This document shows positions 62,609-64,000 of a DNA stretch of 64,000 bases, piece by piece. The notes beneath the pieces were generated by a model that did no database searches, was not told the DNA's origin, and saw only the letters and a program-made list of their open reading frames with translations. How positions within the stretch are numbered: position 1 is the first letter of the stretch; each line of letters starts with the position of its first letter. This stretch comes from the human T2T-CHM13v2.0 reference genome, Homo sapiens: NCBI RefSeq assembly GCF_009914755.1, contig NC_060925.1; one strand, written 5' to 3'. A program made the translations under genes and the position numbers.

Positions 62609-64000
62609 CTAGAGGTAAAGAAATTATATTAACAGTATATTACAGCAAACCTATGATATTAAAATGGATTTTTATAATCCTTTGCATCAAAAGCAAACAT
62701 TCTGCAAATACAATGGAAAAATAGCACAAGAAACACTTGTTTTGAACTGAGAAAAAGATTATATAAGAAAATATATCCACTTATAATTACATTATTAAAA
62801 GAAAACTTTCATAAACTGAAGAATCCAAATCCAAGAACTTCTGCCACACCAAAATTTAGAAAGAAAATGATCAACAAAACACATTTTTTATAGTAATTCT
62901 CAATTGAACAGATGATAATTATATGACAATAAAAGAATTTAATGTATAAAGATACTGTAGTTTCTATAGCCCAGGACCTCACAAATCTACATGGTTAGTG
63001 AAACATTTTTAAAGACAAACTGCTTGAACACATTTTATATAGTAAGTGTTCCTGAGAAGCAATGATACGTACATAAACTTTTTACTGCTTACTCTGTCGT
63101 GACTTAACTATTCTCTCTTACTTTTTGAGACAAGTTATCACAGCATTCATTTGAAAATATGTATGGAGCACCTACTGTGTTCCAGGTACTCAGAAACTGT
63201 GACTCTCCAAAAAAAAAAAAAAAAACTTTGGAAAAGCATAGATCCATAGATAATATAAGTTTGCAAATATTATACAAACAAGAAGAGCAAAACACAGAAA
63301 GATAAAGTGGCTTTCCCATTCAAAGTTGTGAGAACCAGGAACAAAAACAAACAGAAACAAAGTCTGGATTTTTAGCTCTTTTTCCCTCAATTATCCTGCC
63401 TCTATACACACACACATGGGGGAGGAAAGCATGAAAGAGGGGAGTTCAAGAAAGGGAAAGAGGGAAGGGAGGAAGATATGCATTTCAGAAACAGAAACAC
63501 AATGTATATCCTAGTTTTACAATTAATCCCAGTGATCATATCCAAATTTAGTCTTCACCTCTACTATCTCATTAATCTTCCTAGGCCGTTTTTTAAGGCA
63601 ACGCTTAACAATGAGGGGAAATACAACCCTCACCTATCAATCCTCACACTTTATGCCCAACACGAATCATCTCCTTATACTTTCTTGAACATACCATGTT
63701 GTTTATCTGTTCCTGTCCTACACGCTGACCTCACTACTTGTAATACCTACCATACCAATGACAAACTCATATTCCACCTTCAAATTTTACCTCGGATTAT
63801 CCAAAGGAATCCTTTTCTGACCGTCCTGCCATACCCAAGAATTCATCACTCTCTCCCTCTGCAAGATCTCTACACTTTTTACACATTTAGACCATTGTTT
63901 GCAAATTAACATTCAATTCTGTTTACAGGTCTGTATCCCCTTCTAGGCTATAAATTCCTTATGGATAGGGACTATTTTACTCGTTTCTATATCCACAGTG

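Overview
Primate (almost certainly human) genomic DNA: Alu/L1/L2/MIR-rich with spliceosomal introns. It contains the 3' part of the forkhead transcription factor gene FOXJ3 on the minus strand. Nine coding exons (62525-62608, 40404-40505, 33725-33853, 29513-29687, 25926-26342, 23926-24027, 23360-23551, 16565-16672, 14358-14473) have GT-AG boundaries and join in frame to 474 aa ending ...[14 protein letters not shown] ~3.2 kb 3'UTR follows, with AATAAA at 11214-11219. The 5' exons, including most of the forkhead domain, lie beyond the right edge. Positions 1-11 kb are intergenic; from recalled gene order at 1p34.2 they should be the upstream region of GUCA2A (guanylin), which is not in the window. 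They include a 1.5 kb complex TG minisatellite and a truncated U2 snRNA retrocopy. I found no new multi-gene system. The most interesting observation is a microsatellite-flanked duplication of the penultimate exon's 3' end, which creates a second 5' splice site whose reading frame depends on repeat length. Other observations: Alu-tail-derived (GGGGGA)12(GAA)21 and pentamer tracts, a cluster of Pumilio elements in the 3'UTR, p53-like sites in an LTR10-like LTR, and a near-pristine AluY. Almost all other listed ORFs are repeat-derived or chance. Repeat subfamily names were assigned by eye from recalled consensus sequences, and repeat boundaries are approximate.
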